Shown here: positions 8,262 through 18,422 of the stretch, piece after piece | Position numbering within the stretch: position 1 is the stretch's first letter | Layout: every line of letters begins with the position of its first letter | NCBI GenBank assembly: GCA_902786975.1 | Contig: CADAES010000017.1 | Span: 7,998 to 71,997 of the forward strand | Length of the DNA: 64,000 bases | Source of the DNA: an uncultured Ruminococcus sp. | GTDB taxonomy: Bacteria > Bacillota > Clostridia > Oscillospirales > Ruminococcaceae | Direction of reading: 5' to 3' | The notes under the pieces: generated by a model | Database searches by the model: none | The model's input: only the letters and a program-made list of their open reading frames with translations | Told to the model about the DNA's origin: nothing | Translations under genes and position numbers: made by a program

Positions 8262-10811
8262 TCAACCCTTTGCGTCATACCAGCTATGGCCGCTGTGGAC
8301 GTCTGCGGTAAAGGGAACGGCGAGTTTAACGGCGTTCTCCATTTCCTCTTTGAGGAGCTTTTCAGCCTTTTCCCTGTCCGCCTCGGCGACCTCGAGTATC
8401 AGCTCGTCGTGTACCTGGAGTATCAGCCTTGCGTCGAGCTTTTCCTCGTTTATCCTGTTATAGACATTGACCATAGCCTTTTTGATGATATCCGCAGCAG
8501 CGCCCTGGATGGGTGCGTTCATTGCGGCTCTTTTTCCGAAAGCCTGGAGATTCTTGTTGGAAGCGTTCAGCTCGGGGATATATCTTCTTCTGCCGAAAAT
8601 AGTCGTAACATAGCCGTTTTTGATGCCGTCGCTGACTGTCTTGTCCATAAACTCCGAGACCTTTGGGTAGTTGGCAAGGTAGTTCGCAATATACTGCTTT
8701 GCCTCTTTGACACTAACGCCGATGTCCTTTGACAGCGAGAATGCCCCGATGCCATAGATTATCCCGAAGTTCACTGCCTTAGCCGCACGCCTCATATCGT
8801 CGTCTACAAAGTCCTCGGGCAGACCGAACACCTGCGCCGCAGTCATCCGGTGAATGTCCGTCCCGCTAAGGAACGCACCCTGCATATTCTCGTCGCCGCA
8901 TACACACGAAAGCACTCTCAGCTCTATCTGCGAGTAGTCCGCATCGACAAGCACACAGCCGTCCTTTGCAACAAAGAACTTGCGCATGTTCCTGCCTATC
9001 TCCTTGCGGACAGGAATGTTCTGCATATTCGGCTCGGTCGATGATATGCGCCCCGTCCTCGTCTCGGTCTGCTTGAATACCGAGTGTACACGCCCGTCAG
9101 AGCCTATCTGCTTGAGCAGTCCCTCAACGTACGTCGAGTCGAGCTTCGTCAGCGTGCGGTATTCCAGTATCAGCGGTATTATCGGGTGCTTGTCCTCCAG
9201 AGCCTCCAGCACCTCCGCACCTGTGGAGTATCCGCTTTTGGTCTTTTTCTTCGCAGGCAGCCCCAGCTTTTCAAAGAGTATAGCTCCGAGCTGTTTTGTC
9301 GAGGCGATGTTGAACTCCTCGCCCGCATAGCCGTATATCTGCTGCGTAAGCTCGTCTATCTTCTTTTTAAGGTCGCTTCCAAACGCACGGATACCGTCCG
9401 CGTCTGCCTTAACGCCGTAAAACTCCATCGAGGCGAGCACCTCGCAAAGCGGAAGCTCTATCTCGCTGTAAAGCTTGGTCATCTGTGTTTGCTCCAGCTG
9501 TCTGCCGAGGTTTTCACACAGTGCGGGAAGGCTCGCTATATCGGCGTTTTCACCGCAGTCCGAACGGTATGTCACCTTGTAGGAAAGACACAGGTTCTCC
9601 ACCGTGTAATCGCTTGACTGCGAGTTGAGAAGATACCCCGCAAGGTCGCAGCAGAACACCACAGCATTCACCCTCACGCCGTTTTCAAATGCAAACAGGT
9701 GCAGACTCTTGCCCTCAAATGCGAATTTCTCACAGCTGCTCTGAACGAAGCGAACGATAAGCCCGCTGTCGTCCGTGACACAGACCGTATCACCGCAGAT
9801 GACCTTGAGGATACCGCCTTTGTATTCAAAGCCGACTCTCTTTGCATTTTCAAACTCCGTGATATCCGATGCTTCCATAGCCTTTTCGGCAATTTTCGGA
9901 AGGTCGGAAAGGCTGACCTTTTTCTCAGGCTCGGCAGGTGTCTCCCCCGCCGCACCGCTGAGCTCCAGCCTCTGCATGAGCCTGAACATCTCCAGGCCTG
10001 CCAGAAGCTCTCTGGTCTTTTCCCTGTCGCCGCCCGTGAGCCTGTAATGCTCAATTTGCGTGTCTATCGGCACTTCAAGGAATATCTCGGCGAGGAAACG
10101 GCTGTCCAGAGCGTCCTGGTGTCCGCCCTCGAGCTTCGCCCGAACAGACGGTGTCAGCTTCATCTCGCCCAGCATCTCGTACAGCCCGTCAACGCTTCCC
10201 GCCTGCTGTATAAGGCTGTAAGCAGTCTTTTCACCGATGCCCTTTATGCCCTTGATGTTGTCGGAGCTGTCGCCCATAAGCGCCTTTACTTCTATCATCT
10301 GACGGGGCTTGACACCGTATTCCTCCATAATGCGCTGCGGAGTGTAGATCTTTGTTTCCTTTGTCCCCGCAAGACGCACCGTCACGCTGTCGGATACCAG
10401 CTGAAAGCTGTCCCTGTCGCCTGTCAGTATAAAGCATTCGTTCCCGCTGTCAGTGCAAGCCTTTGAAAGCGTGCCGAGAATGTCGTCCGCCTCGTAGCCC
10501 TCGCACTCGACCGTCCTGATGCCCATATCGGTCAGAAGCTCTTTTATAACCGGCATCTGCTGGGCAAGCTCGTCGGGCATACCCTTGCGGTTGGCTTTGT
10601 AGTCTGAGTTTGCCTTGTGGCGGAAGGTCGGCGCTTTGAGGTCAAAAGCCACAGCAGCGCAGTCGGGCTGCACCTGTGATATCTCTTTGAGGTAGATGTT
10701 CATAAAGCCTGTTATGGCGTTGGTGAATTGCCCCTTTGAGTTCGCAAGCGCCTTTATGCCGTAAAAGGCTCTGTTCATTATGCTGTTTCCGTCTATCGCA
10801 AGTAATTTCAT
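8262..10811 (-). CDS. polA: DNA polymerase I
   Basis: 849 aa with a 5'-3' exonuclease N-terminus and pol A family motifs (DYSQIELR, QVHDEL). Confidence 0.97.
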   Translation of the reverse strand: MKLLAIDGNSIMNRAFYGIKALANSKGQFTNAITGFMNIYLKEISQVQPDCAAVAFDLKAPTFRHKANSDYKANRKGMPDELAQQMPVIKELLTDMGIRTVECEGYEADDILGTLSKACTDSGNECFILTGDRDSFQLVSDSVTVRLAGTKETKIYTPQRIMEEYGVKPRQMIEVKALMGDSSDNIKGIKGIGEKTAYSLIQQAGSVDGLYEMLGEMKLTPSVRAKLEGGHQDALDSRFLAEIFLEVPIDTQIEHYRLTGGDREKTRELLAGLEMFRLMQRLELSGAAGETPAEPEKKVSLSDLPKIAEKAMEASDITEFENAKRVGFEYKGGILKVICGDTVCVTDDSGLIVRFVQSSCEKFAFEGKSLHLFAFENGVRVNAVVFCCDLAGYLLNSQSSDYTVENLCLSYKVTYRSDCGENADIASLPALCENLGRQLEQTQMTKLYSEIELPLCEVLASMEFYGVKADADGIRAFGSDLKKKIDELTQQIYGYAGEEFNIASTKQLGAILFEKLGLPAKKKTKSGYSTGAEVLEALEDKHPIIPLILEYRTLTKLDSTYVEGLLKQIGSDGRVHSVFKQTETRTGRISSTEPNMQNIPVRKEIGRNMRKFFVAKDGCVLVDADYSQIELRVLSCVCGDENMQGAFLSGTDIHRMTAAQVFGLPEDFVDDDMRRAAKAVNFGIIYGIGAFSLSKDIGVSVKEAKQYIANYLANYPKVSEFMDKTVSDGIKNGYVTTIFGRRRYIPELNASNKNLQAFGKRAAMNAPIQGAAADIIKKAMVNVYNRINEEKLDARLILQVHDELILEVAEADREKAEKLLKEEMENAVKLAVPFTADVHSGHSWYDAKG

Positions 10812-10947
10812 TGTTAGCTCCTTAGATGTAAGATTTAAGCCGCTGGAAGCAAGAACGCTTCGCTTTCAGAGGCAAGAGACAAGATGCTTGCCGCAGCGCA
10901 TCTGTGGGTTTTGAAAGCCTTGAACCGCCTGTCCGTAAGATAATTGT

Positions 10948-11099
10948 GAGTATCCTCTTGAAAGAGATGTTCTCTGACTCTCTCTTTAAACCTTACTCAT
11001 TTTTCGGCATCAGGGGTTTATCCCCTGTTGCCGAAAAATCAATAAAAGTTTTAGGAAAGGGGTTTGGGGAACAACCCTTTTTCAAAAGGGTTTTCCCCA
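10948..11099 (+). repeat. structured dispersed repeat (family A, divergent copy 3)
   Basis: Same three-hairpin order as 8076-8230, with compensatory stem changes (AGAGA/TCTCT; CGGCAtCAGGGG/CCCCTGtTGCCG). Confidence 0.55.
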
Positions 11100-11120
11100 A
11101 CTATCATCCGAACAAACTGT

Positions 11121-12131
11121 TCAAAGATTTTCAAGGCTCAGCGTTGCCACTGCATTCAGGCTCATATCCGCACGCTTGCCGGCGAGGCAGTCGTAATACC
11201 CCTGGCAGGCGATCATTGCACCGTTGTCGCCGCAGTACTTTAGCTCGGGCAGGTACAGCTTGTACCCACGCTTTTCACACTCGGCGGCTATCTTCTCACG
11301 CACGCCCGAGTTCGCCGAAACGCCGCCCGCTACGGCGATAGTGTTGTAGCCAAGATTCTGCGCCGCAAGCATCAGCTTTTGAGAAAGAATCTCCGCTATC
11401 GTCCGCTGGAACGATGCCGCCATATCCTCACGGTTTATCTCTACGCCCTTTTGCTGTGAGTTGTGAACAAGGTTTATCACCGCCGTTTTCAGCCCCGAGA
11501 ACGAGAAATCGTACTCGCTTCCCTGTACCTTCGGGTGCGGCAGCTCAAACGCATTCGGGTCGCCGGCCTTTGCCGCAGCGTCGATAAACTTTCCGCCCGG
11601 GTACTCGTAGCCCAGCGTCCTTGCGACCTTGTCAAAGCATTCCCCTGCCGCATCGTCACGGGTACGCCCGACAACACGGTACTTTGTGTAGTCAAGCACC
11701 TCAACGATGTGCGAGTGCCCGCCCGAGACGACCAGACACAGGTACGGAGGTTTCAGCTCACTGTGCGAGATGTAATTTGTCGCAATATGCCCCGCAATAT
11801 GGTGAACGGGAACAAGCGGCTTTTTGGTGCTCATCGCAAGCCCCTTTGCATAGCTCACTCCCACAAGCAGCGCTCCGATAAGCCCGGGGGCATAGGTCAC
11901 CGCAATAGCATCTATGTCGTCAAGCGTGCAGCCTGCGGCTTCAAGAGCCTGTGAAACAACACGGTCGATGTTCTCGGCGTGGCGGCGTGAGGCTATCTCG
12001 GGAACTACCCCGCCGTAAAGCCTGTGCTCATCTATCTGGCTCGCAACTATGTTTGAAAGCACCGTTTTGCCGTCCTCTACCACCGAGCAGGCGGTCTCAT
12101 CGCATGAGCTTTCTATTCCAAGTATCTTCAT
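11121..12131 (-). CDS. tsaD: tRNA N6-adenosine threonylcarbamoyltransferase
   Basis: Start set at the conserved MKILGIESSCDET N-terminus, 25 codons inside the track ORF. HxxxH metal motif (VHHIAGH). Confidence 0.95.
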   Translation of the reverse strand: MKILGIESSCDETACSVVEDGKTVLSNIVASQIDEHRLYGGVVPEIASRRHAENIDRVVSQALEAAGCTLDDIDAIAVTYAPGLIGALLVGVSYAKGLAMSTKKPLVPVHHIAGHIATNYISHSELKPPYLCLVVSGGHSHIVEVLDYTKYRVVGRTRDDAAGECFDKVARTLGYEYPGGKFIDAAAKAGDPNAFELPHPKVQGSEYDFSFSGLKTAVINLVHNSQQKGVEINREDMAASFQRTIAEILSQKLMLAAQNLGYNTIAVAGGVSANSGVREKIAAECEKRGYKLYLPELKYCGDNGAMIACQGYYDCLAGKRADMSLNAVATLSLENL

Positions 12132-12230
12132 TTTTATCAGTCCTAACACAAATATTGTAGACCCCGACCATACAGGTTTCGGGTCAAGCCGTTTATGGCT
12201 CATCATTCAACGGGCTCTTTGGCATTTTCG

Positions 12231-12291
12231 GGGGCTTTCCGATCGCCCCCAAAGCGTCCGTCAGTACGGGTTGCCCCATTTGGGTACAAAT
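12231..12291. repeat. short dispersed intergenic repeats (family B copy plus GGGGGC...GCCCCC hairpin)
   Basis: gggggctttccgatcgccccc is the inverted form of 38932-38952. The rest matches 7967-8013. Confidence 0.5.
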
Positions 12292-12356
12292 ACTTTTATA
12301 GTTCGTATTGATTTATTCGGCATAAAAAATCACACATCAGAATTCTGAACTGTCTT

Positions 12357-13082
12357 CTATCCGTTAATCTCTGCCGTGTATATCTTCTGCATTTCTTCGG
12401 AGATGCCGCCGTCAGCAGAGCGCACATACAGCGGCTTTTCTATCTGTATAAAGTTGTTGCCGCCTTTTCTTCCCTCGACCAGTATCAGCCACGGCTGACA
12501 TTCGGGGTTTTTGTGCACCGTCCGCAGACGCTTGGGCTCGATGCCGTTTGCACGCATCGCCGTAACGATATCGCTGAGGCGCTCGGGTCTGTTGCAAAGA
12601 CACAATCGCCCGCCGAAGCGCAGGTTTTTCGCCGCCGCTTTGCAAACGTCGTCCACCGTGCACTCTATCTCGTGGCGTGCGATGGACACCGCCTCGCTGT
12701 CGTTTTTAGCACCCGTTCCGCTTATCTTGTAGGGCGGGTTGCAGGTTATAACGTCCAGCGGCTCGGGACTTTTCCACTCCTTAAGGTCGCCCAGCACCGC
12801 AAAGGTGTTTTCCTGTGCGCCCGAATGTTGGATAGACAGCTTCAGCTGCTCGTAGGCTTTTTCCTGCAGTTCAACGGCGTACAGCTTTTGGGGCTGGAAA
12901 TTCCGCCGCATTATCATAGCTATTATACCGCAGCCCGTGCAGAAGTCGCACACAACGTCCTTGTGCCTGGGGCGTGTGAAATCGGCAAGCAGAAAAGCGT
13001 CCGTGCCGAAGCGGTGCTCGCTTGAAATGCAGATCTTGTAGCCCCTGCCCAAGTCCTCAAATGTAAAATCGTTATAGACCAT
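12357..13082 (-). CDS. SAM-dependent methyltransferase, tRNA1(Val) m6A37 (YfiC/TrmN6)-like
   Basis: 241 aa with the NPPY motif (CNPPYK) and a small-methyltransferase fold. Confidence 0.75.
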   Translation of the reverse strand: MVYNDFTFEDLGRGYKICISSEHRFGTDAFLLADFTRPRHKDVVCDFCTGCGIIAMIMRRNFQPQKLYAVELQEKAYEQLKLSIQHSGAQENTFAVLGDLKEWKSPEPLDVITCNPPYKISGTGAKNDSEAVSIARHEIECTVDDVCKAAAKNLRFGGRLCLCNRPERLSDIVTAMRANGIEPKRLRTVHKNPECQPWLILVEGRKGGNNFIQIEKPLYVRSADGGISEEMQKIYTAEING

Positions 13083-13507
13083 CAGGTTTCTCCGTTCAGT
13101 ATTTTTGTCATTAGCAGCGCATCTTCCGTCGGCTTTTCGTAAAAGCCCCTGCGCTCGCCGACATGCTCAAAGCCAAAGCTCTCATACAAAGCTATCGCCG
13201 CAGCGTTTGACTTTCGCACCTCGAGCGTAACGCTGTCTGCACACGACAGGTCTGAAAGCATTTTTTGCAAAAGCGCCCTTGCTATCCCTTTTCTGCGGTA
13301 ATTCTCACTAACGGCGATGTTGTTTATGCTCACCTCGCCGCAGACCTCCCACACACTCAGAAAGCCCGCTGCTTCGCCGCTTTCGTAAGCAACGTAGGTG
13401 TGTGCGTTTTGGTTTGAAAGCTCCCCGAAAAAGGTCTTTTCACTCCACGGCTGAGAAAAGCACTCCGCCTCGATCTCAGCCACCGCCTTATAGTTTTGCT
13501 CATTCAT
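13082..13507 (-). CDS. rimI: ribosomal-protein-alanine N-acetyltransferase
   Basis: GNAT motif (RRKGIARALL) in a tsaD neighbourhood. Start moved to MNEQNYK, 23 codons inside the track ORF. Confidence 0.8.
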   Translation of the reverse strand: MNEQNYKAVAEIEAECFSQPWSEKTFFGELSNQNAHTYVAYESGEAAGFLSVWEVCGEVSINNIAVSENYRRKGIARALLQKMLSDLSCADSVTLEVRKSNAAAIALYESFGFEHVGERRGFYEKPTEDALLMTKILNGET

Positions 13508-14195
13508 CGGAACTATCGTTATCAATTTCGTTCCCTCTTTTTTTGCCCACAAGACAGTACATGAACTTCTTTTCATCGACCACCTTGATCTTCACGTTCT
13601 CAAAGCCGTGCGCCTGCACAAGCTCTTTGAGCTCCCTTGTCGAGTAGTATGTCTCACCCTCGAATTGGTATTTCTCACTGCGCTCATAATACTCTTTGCT
13701 GTAAAAGCCGCAGATAAAACGTCCGCCGTCTTTCAGAACACGATGCATCTCGCTGAACGCCTTGTCTGCGTCCTTGTAGAAGTATACCGTGTTCACCGTG
13801 TAAACGCAGTCGAAAAAGCTGTCCTCGTAAGGCATATCCTCAACGTCGCCCACCGTAAGGAACATTCTTTCCTTTGCAACAGCCTCAGCATTTGCCTTTG
13901 TCGCAAGGACTTTCATATCCTCGGAAATGTCGATGCCGTAAAGCTTTGCGTCGAGCTTCTCGTCAAGGCGCTTGAGAGTGTCGCCGTTTCCGAAGCCGAC
14001 ATCGAGTATCTTAACGCCCTCGTCCTTGGGAACGAAGTTGTAAACGGCATTGTACAGCTTGAAATTAAAAACGTTCATCGCCAGCGTGAAGAACTCGCCC
14101 ACCTTGCCCTCGGGCTTTGCAAACTGCGTTTTCATAAGGTTCTTGACGTTCTTCGGCGTCGTCAGCACAAACGCCTTTAAGTTTTTGACATTCAT
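13500..14195 (-). CDS. class I SAM-dependent methyltransferase
   Basis: Motif I ILDVGFGNGD; Methyltransf_11-like, 231 aa. Confidence 0.75.
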   Translation of the reverse strand: MNVKNLKAFVLTTPKNVKNLMKTQFAKPEGKVGEFFTLAMNVFNFKLYNAVYNFVPKDEGVKILDVGFGNGDTLKRLDEKLDAKLYGIDISEDMKVLATKANAEAVAKERMFLTVGDVEDMPYEDSFFDCVYTVNTVYFYKDADKAFSEMHRVLKDGGRFICGFYSKEYYERSEKYQFEGETYYSTRELKELVQAHGFENVKIKVVDEKKFMYCLVGKKRGNEIDNDSSDE

Positions 14196-14232
14196 TGTAT
14201 CTCTCCTAATGCTTAGAGTGTTAAACCTGTTG

Positions 14233-15063
14233 TTATTTTTCCTCTAACAGCTTTGTGTACAGCTCTCCCTTTGAGAAGCCTGTTGCCTTTGCGATCTGCC
14301 TGCAGGCATCTGCGCCGCGCATACCCTTTTGCATAAGCGTCCTCACCTGTTCAAGCGCTTCGTCGATAGTCTCCGCCGCCGAAAGCTCGCTCTCGTTCGC
14401 TCCCTCTATCACCAGCACGAACTCGCCCTTGGGCTTGACGTCCCTGTACATCTCTGCCGCCTGCGAAAGCGTCGTGCGTATGACCTCCTCGTGAAGCTTT
14501 GTCAGCTCACGGCAAAGCGATATTTTCCTGTCCCCGAAAAATCTCAGCATATCCTCGAGAGTGTTTTGCAGCTTGTGCGGCGCTTCGTAGAAAACAAGAG
14601 TGTGCGTTGACTTTGCCACCGCCGCAAGGTGCTCCTGCCTCTGCTTTTTCGTCACCGACAAAAAGCCCTCGAACTGAAAGTTTTTCGTGTTAAGCCCGCT
14701 TATCGCAAGCCCCGAGATTACTGCGCTCGGTCCGGGCACGACCTCGACCTTTATTCCACGATCATAGCACATCTTCACCAAAAGCTCGCCCGGGTCGGAA
14801 ATGCACGGCATACCCGCATCGGTCACGATAGCCGCATTTTCGCCCGCCGCTATCCTGTCGCATATGCTTGCGCCGACCTGTGCGGCGTTGTGCTCGTGAT
14901 AGCTCACAAGCGGAGTCTTTATCTCAAAATAGTTGAGCAGCTTTGAGCTTACCCTCGTGTCCTCGGCGCAGATGAAATCCACCTTTTCAAGCGTCTCAAC
15001 TGCCCTGTATGTCATATCCCCGAGGTTGCCTATCGGCGTGCCCACCACATATAATATTCCCAT
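14233..15063 (-). CDS. rsmI: 16S rRNA (cytidine1402-2'-O)-methyltransferase
   Basis: N-terminus LYVVGTPIGNLGD and a TP-methylase fold, 276 aa. Confidence 0.93.
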   Translation of the reverse strand: MGILYVVGTPIGNLGDMTYRAVETLEKVDFICAEDTRVSSKLLNYFEIKTPLVSYHEHNAAQVGASICDRIAAGENAAIVTDAGMPCISDPGELLVKMCYDRGIKVEVVPGPSAVISGLAISGLNTKNFQFEGFLSVTKKQRQEHLAAVAKSTHTLVFYEAPHKLQNTLEDMLRFFGDRKISLCRELTKLHEEVIRTTLSQAAEMYRDVKPKGEFVLVIEGANESELSAAETIDEALEQVRTLMQKGMRGADACRQIAKATGFSKGELYTKLLEEK

Positions 15064-15081
15064 TTTACGCTATTCCCTTTA

Positions 15082-15867
15082 CTAAAGATCCTCTATTTTA
15101 TATCCACTGCTGAGTTTATACACTCTGAACCAATGGCACCAGTCATTACTGCAAAAGACATAAAAGCCTTTAGCATTTCCCTCTGGATGATCTTTCCCGA
15201 TCTCGGCATAATATACGACCATTCCCATTTGGTCGCTTTTACAGTATCCTTTCCCCAGGAACACCTCATCATAGATGTAATCGTGCCTGCCGATAAATGT
15301 ACTTCCGTGTTCATTCGTTTCGACCGTAAACCCGTCGCTCAGATGAAAATAAACGAGCGTAGCCTGCGGCAGCTCTTTGAAACCGTATCCATATTGTTTA
15401 AGATACGAATAAATCATTATCTCGGTGTATGTAAAAAACAGTGCAAACAGTATCAGACAAGTCACGATTATCGTCTTTGCTTTTTTATGTTTTTTCGCCT
15501 TGGTTTTTGCACTTTCATTTCGGATATACTTTACCTCGCAGCTGCCGTCATTGTCAAAAGTCTCTATCTCATATCTCAGTGCGCCGTCTTGGTAGATCTC
15601 GTTATACATCTGACTAAGCTCGGCAGTCTTTCCCGTGACAGTCACCCAATCCTCGTCGGGCAGCTGCACCGTGCAGTCTGCGCCGTCAATAGCGCCCTCT
15701 TTGAGTCCGATGACATATTCGATAGTCGTGCTTGTCCAGTTGTAACCCAGACCACGCAGGTTTTCAAGACCGTACTTTGCGCTCATCTCGTCCCAGAACG
15801 CACCGATAGTCTTGTACTGCTCCTCACCGACAGTCGAAAAAGTCCTGCTTATACCTTCAAATATCAT
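15082..15867 (-). CDS. hypothetical membrane protein with an N-terminal GyrI-like/effector-binding-like domain
   Basis: 261 aa with a central TM (IIVTCLILFALFFTYTEIMIY). The domain assignment is by weak resemblance only. Confidence 0.55.
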   Translation of the reverse strand: MIFEGISRTFSTVGEEQYKTIGAFWDEMSAKYGLENLRGLGYNWTSTTIEYVIGLKEGAIDGADCTVQLPDEDWVTVTGKTAELSQMYNEIYQDGALRYEIETFDNDGSCEVKYIRNESAKTKAKKHKKAKTIIVTCLILFALFFTYTEIMIYSYLKQYGYGFKELPQATLVYFHLSDGFTVETNEHGSTFIGRHDYIYDEVFLGKGYCKSDQMGMVVYYAEIGKDHPEGNAKGFYVFCSNDWCHWFRVYKLSSGYKIEDL

Positions 15868-17006
15868 ACTATTTCTCCACCAATCATCACAAGTGCAGGG
15901 CTGCTCATCACCTCAAAGGGATTGCCCTCAAACAGCGTGAGGTCGGCGTCCTTGCCTGTCTCTATGCTGCCGACCCTGTCGGCGATGCCTGCTATCTCGG
16001 CGGCGTTTCTCGTCACGCTCAGCAGTGCGTCCTCAAACGGCAGACCGTTTTTCATACAGATACCGACCGACAACGGCAGATACTCTATCGGTATCTCCGA
16101 ATGATCGGTGCAGACAGCGACCTTCACGCCGTTCTTTGCTAGTACAGCCGCATTTTCGGGCGAGAGCGATGCCATTTCAGGCTTGCATCTGTCGCAGATA
16201 ACAGGCCCTATCACCGCAGACGCCTTTTCCTGCGCCAGCTCGTCTGCAATAAGGTATCCGTCGGTGCAGTGTACCAGCGTGTAGTCAAGCCCGAACTCGT
16301 TTGCGATCCTTATCGCCGTGAAGATGTCGTCCGCACGGTGGCAATGGAAATGGGCTTTTATCCTTCTGTCAAGCAAGGGCAGCAGAGCCTCGCTCTTAAT
16401 GTCATATTCGGGCATATCGCCGTCCTCGGTCTGCGCCTTTGCGATATCCTCCCCGTAACGCTTCGCCTTGTAAAGCGCCTCTCTTATAACCGCTGCGATA
16501 GCCATTCTCGTCACAGGAGTTTCGTCACGGTCATTGTAGGTCATTTTCGGATTCTCACCGAGAGAGAGCTTTATCCCGACCTCGCCCATAGACATCTTGT
16601 CGATACGCTTTCCTGCGGTCTTTATCGCATATATCTGCCCCGCAACTGCGTTTGCCGAGCCGGGCGATACCACCGCCGCAGTCACCCCCGCTTTTCTAGC
16701 AAGCTCAAACGAGATATCCAGCGGGTTGATGCCGTCGATAATGCGAAGCTGCGGAGTGCAGGCATCGACCGACTCGTTGAGGTCCTCGCCCTCAAAGCCC
16801 ACTCCGCCCGTGGTCAGCCCAAGGTGCGTGTGGCAGTCGATAAACCCGGGGAAAAGCTTTTTCCCCTTTGCGTCGATGTCGCCGCTGCTGTTCGGAGCAC
16901 ACTCGCCGACATTCACTATCTTTGCGTTGCGCACCTCGACAAACCCGTTTCTGATAACGGTGAAGTCCTTGTCGCAGACGTATATTTCAGCGTTCACTAT
17001 CTTCAT
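15864..17006 (-). CDS. amidohydrolase family protein
   Basis: Metal motif PGFIDCHTHLG. Start moved to MKIVNAEIY. Confidence 0.85.
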   Translation of the reverse strand: MKIVNAEIYVCDKDFTVIRNGFVEVRNAKIVNVGECAPNSSGDIDAKGKKLFPGFIDCHTHLGLTTGGVGFEGEDLNESVDACTPQLRIIDGINPLDISFELARKAGVTAAVVSPGSANAVAGQIYAIKTAGKRIDKMSMGEVGIKLSLGENPKMTYNDRDETPVTRMAIAAVIREALYKAKRYGEDIAKAQTEDGDMPEYDIKSEALLPLLDRRIKAHFHCHRADDIFTAIRIANEFGLDYTLVHCTDGYLIADELAQEKASAVIGPVICDRCKPEMASLSPENAAVLAKNGVKVAVCTDHSEIPIEYLPLSVGICMKNGLPFEDALLSVTRNAAEIAGIADRVGSIETGKDADLTLFEGNPFEVMSSPALVMIGGEIV

Positions 17007-17292
17007 TTTCCCTGTCGTCCTCTTTCTTTTCGTCATTCTTTTTCTTTCCGCCGAATATCAGCGCATACGGCAGCATCAGCCACGAGTAATCGGCAAAGCA
17101 CAACAGCGCCCAGATCTTGTGATGTGACAGCAAAAAGCCTATCAGCGTCAGCAGACCGCCGAACAGCGGTATCCCCGAAACATAGTGATCTCTCTTTCGG
17201 TTTTTCAGCAGGTTGACAAGATTCAGCACCGAAAGCAGCAGCCCGATAAGAGCTATTATCACCGACGGATTTTTTGTAAAGAAATCTCCCAT
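16987..17292 (-). CDS. small membrane protein
   Basis: About 101 aa from MGDFFTKNP, with 3 TM segments and an acidic/basic tail. Lies between dut and the amidohydrolase. Confidence 0.5.
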   Translation of the reverse strand: MGDFFTKNPSVIIALIGLLLSVLNLVNLLKNRKRDHYVSGIPLFGGLLTLIGFLLSHHKIWALLCFADYSWLMLPYALIFGGKKKNDEKKEDDRENEDSER

Positions 17293-17293
17293 A

Positions 17294-17734
17294 TCACTTG
17301 TTCGTCGAACCGAAACCGCCTTCGCCCCTTGCCGTGTCCGAAAGCTCGCCGACCTCCTCGACCTCGGGCGTGAAAACGGGCGCAAGCACCAGCTGTGCGA
17401 TACGCTCACCGTGGTTTATGACAAAGTCGTCCTGCGACGAATTGTGCAGAGCCACGATAAGCTCCCCACGGTAATCCCAGTCGATAACGCCCACGCAGTT
17501 CGCAGGTGCGATTCCGAATTTGGTGGCGATACCGCTTCGGGCGTAGATAAGCCCGACTGTGTTCCTGTCGCCGTCTATCTCCATAGCGACGCCCGTGTGG
17601 ACTTTAACAGTCTGCCCCGCCTTAACGGTCAAAGGCTCACCACAGCAGGCAGAAAGGTCATAGCCCGCGCTGAATTCGGTCTGCCTCTTTGGCAAGACTG
17701 CATTTTCATCAAGTTTTTTTATCAGAAGTTTCAT
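17294..17734 (-). CDS. dut: dUTP diphosphatase
   Basis: Trimeric dUTPase motifs (AGYDL, GVIDWDYRGE, RGEGGFGST). GAGGAAAG SD before MKLLIKKL. Confidence 0.93.
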   Translation of the reverse strand: MKLLIKKLDENAVLPKRQTEFSAGYDLSACCGEPLTVKAGQTVKVHTGVAMEIDGDRNTVGLIYARSGIATKFGIAPANCVGVIDWDYRGELIVALHNSSQDDFVINHGERIAQLVLAPVFTPEVEEVGELSDTARGEGGFGSTNK

Positions 17735-17757
17735 TTTCTTTCCTCGTTTCTGTATAA

Positions 17758-18159
17758 TCAACGCTCAAACGGCTTGTTGAACGAACCTATCTCGATAAGG
17801 TTGCCCTCGGGGTCTGCGACATAGCAGGTGCGCTGTCCCCACGGCTCGGTCGTCGGCTCGAGTACCGGCTGTGCGCCCTTTGCAACGACCTCGCTGAATC
17901 TCTCGTCCACTTCCTCAAACGTGTCCACATACAAAGCCAGCTCAAAGTGCCCGTTCAGGCCCTTGATGTATTCGTATTTCCTGCCTGTCATCTTCTCGAA
18001 ATCGCTTCGCCCGTAAAGCAGGAACAGCGTGCCGTCCTTAATAAGATATACGTTTGAGGTGTCCTCGTCCTCTTTTATCTCAAAGCCGAGCACATCTCTG
18101 TAAAAGCGTATCATTGTGCCCATATCGTTTACAAAAAGCCCGAATCCGTCAAGCCGCAT
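17758..18159 (-). CDS. VOC/glyoxalase family protein
   Basis: 133 aa, one glyoxalase/bleomycin-resistance fold. Confidence 0.85.
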   Translation of the reverse strand: MRLDGFGLFVNDMGTMIRFYRDVLGFEIKEDEDTSNVYLIKDGTLFLLYGRSDFEKMTGRKYEYIKGLNGHFELALYVDTFEEVDERFSEVVAKGAQPVLEPTTEPWGQRTCYVADPEGNLIEIGSFNKPFER

Positions 18160-18171
18160 AAGTATCCTCCT

Positions 18172-18312
18172 CTATTTCTTTTTTCTGACCAGCTTCGCCG
18201 CATAGGTGAAGTCAAGCTCGCCTTGCCCGTCGTCGAGCGCCGCCGCAACCGCTTCGCAGACGACATTTATCACCGTTTCTCCGAGCTTGACCGCTTCCCC
18301 ATACTTTATCAT
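18172..18312 (-). CDS. small ORF, 46 aa (MIKYGEAVKLGETV...), below the ORF-track size cutoff
   Basis: GGGGGA SD 6 nt upstream of the ATG. Stop is 12 nt before the VOC start codon. Confidence 0.4.
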   Translation of the reverse strand: MIKYGEAVKLGETVINVVCEAVAAALDDGQGELDFTYAAKLVRKKK

Positions 18313-18422
18313 TTTTATTCCCCCATTCAGCTGAATATTTATAATTCTTTATCATCACCGCAGGCTATACCTGCATTATTCTTTATTCATTGTTCTCTGT
18401 CATCGTTCTTTGAGCGATTATT

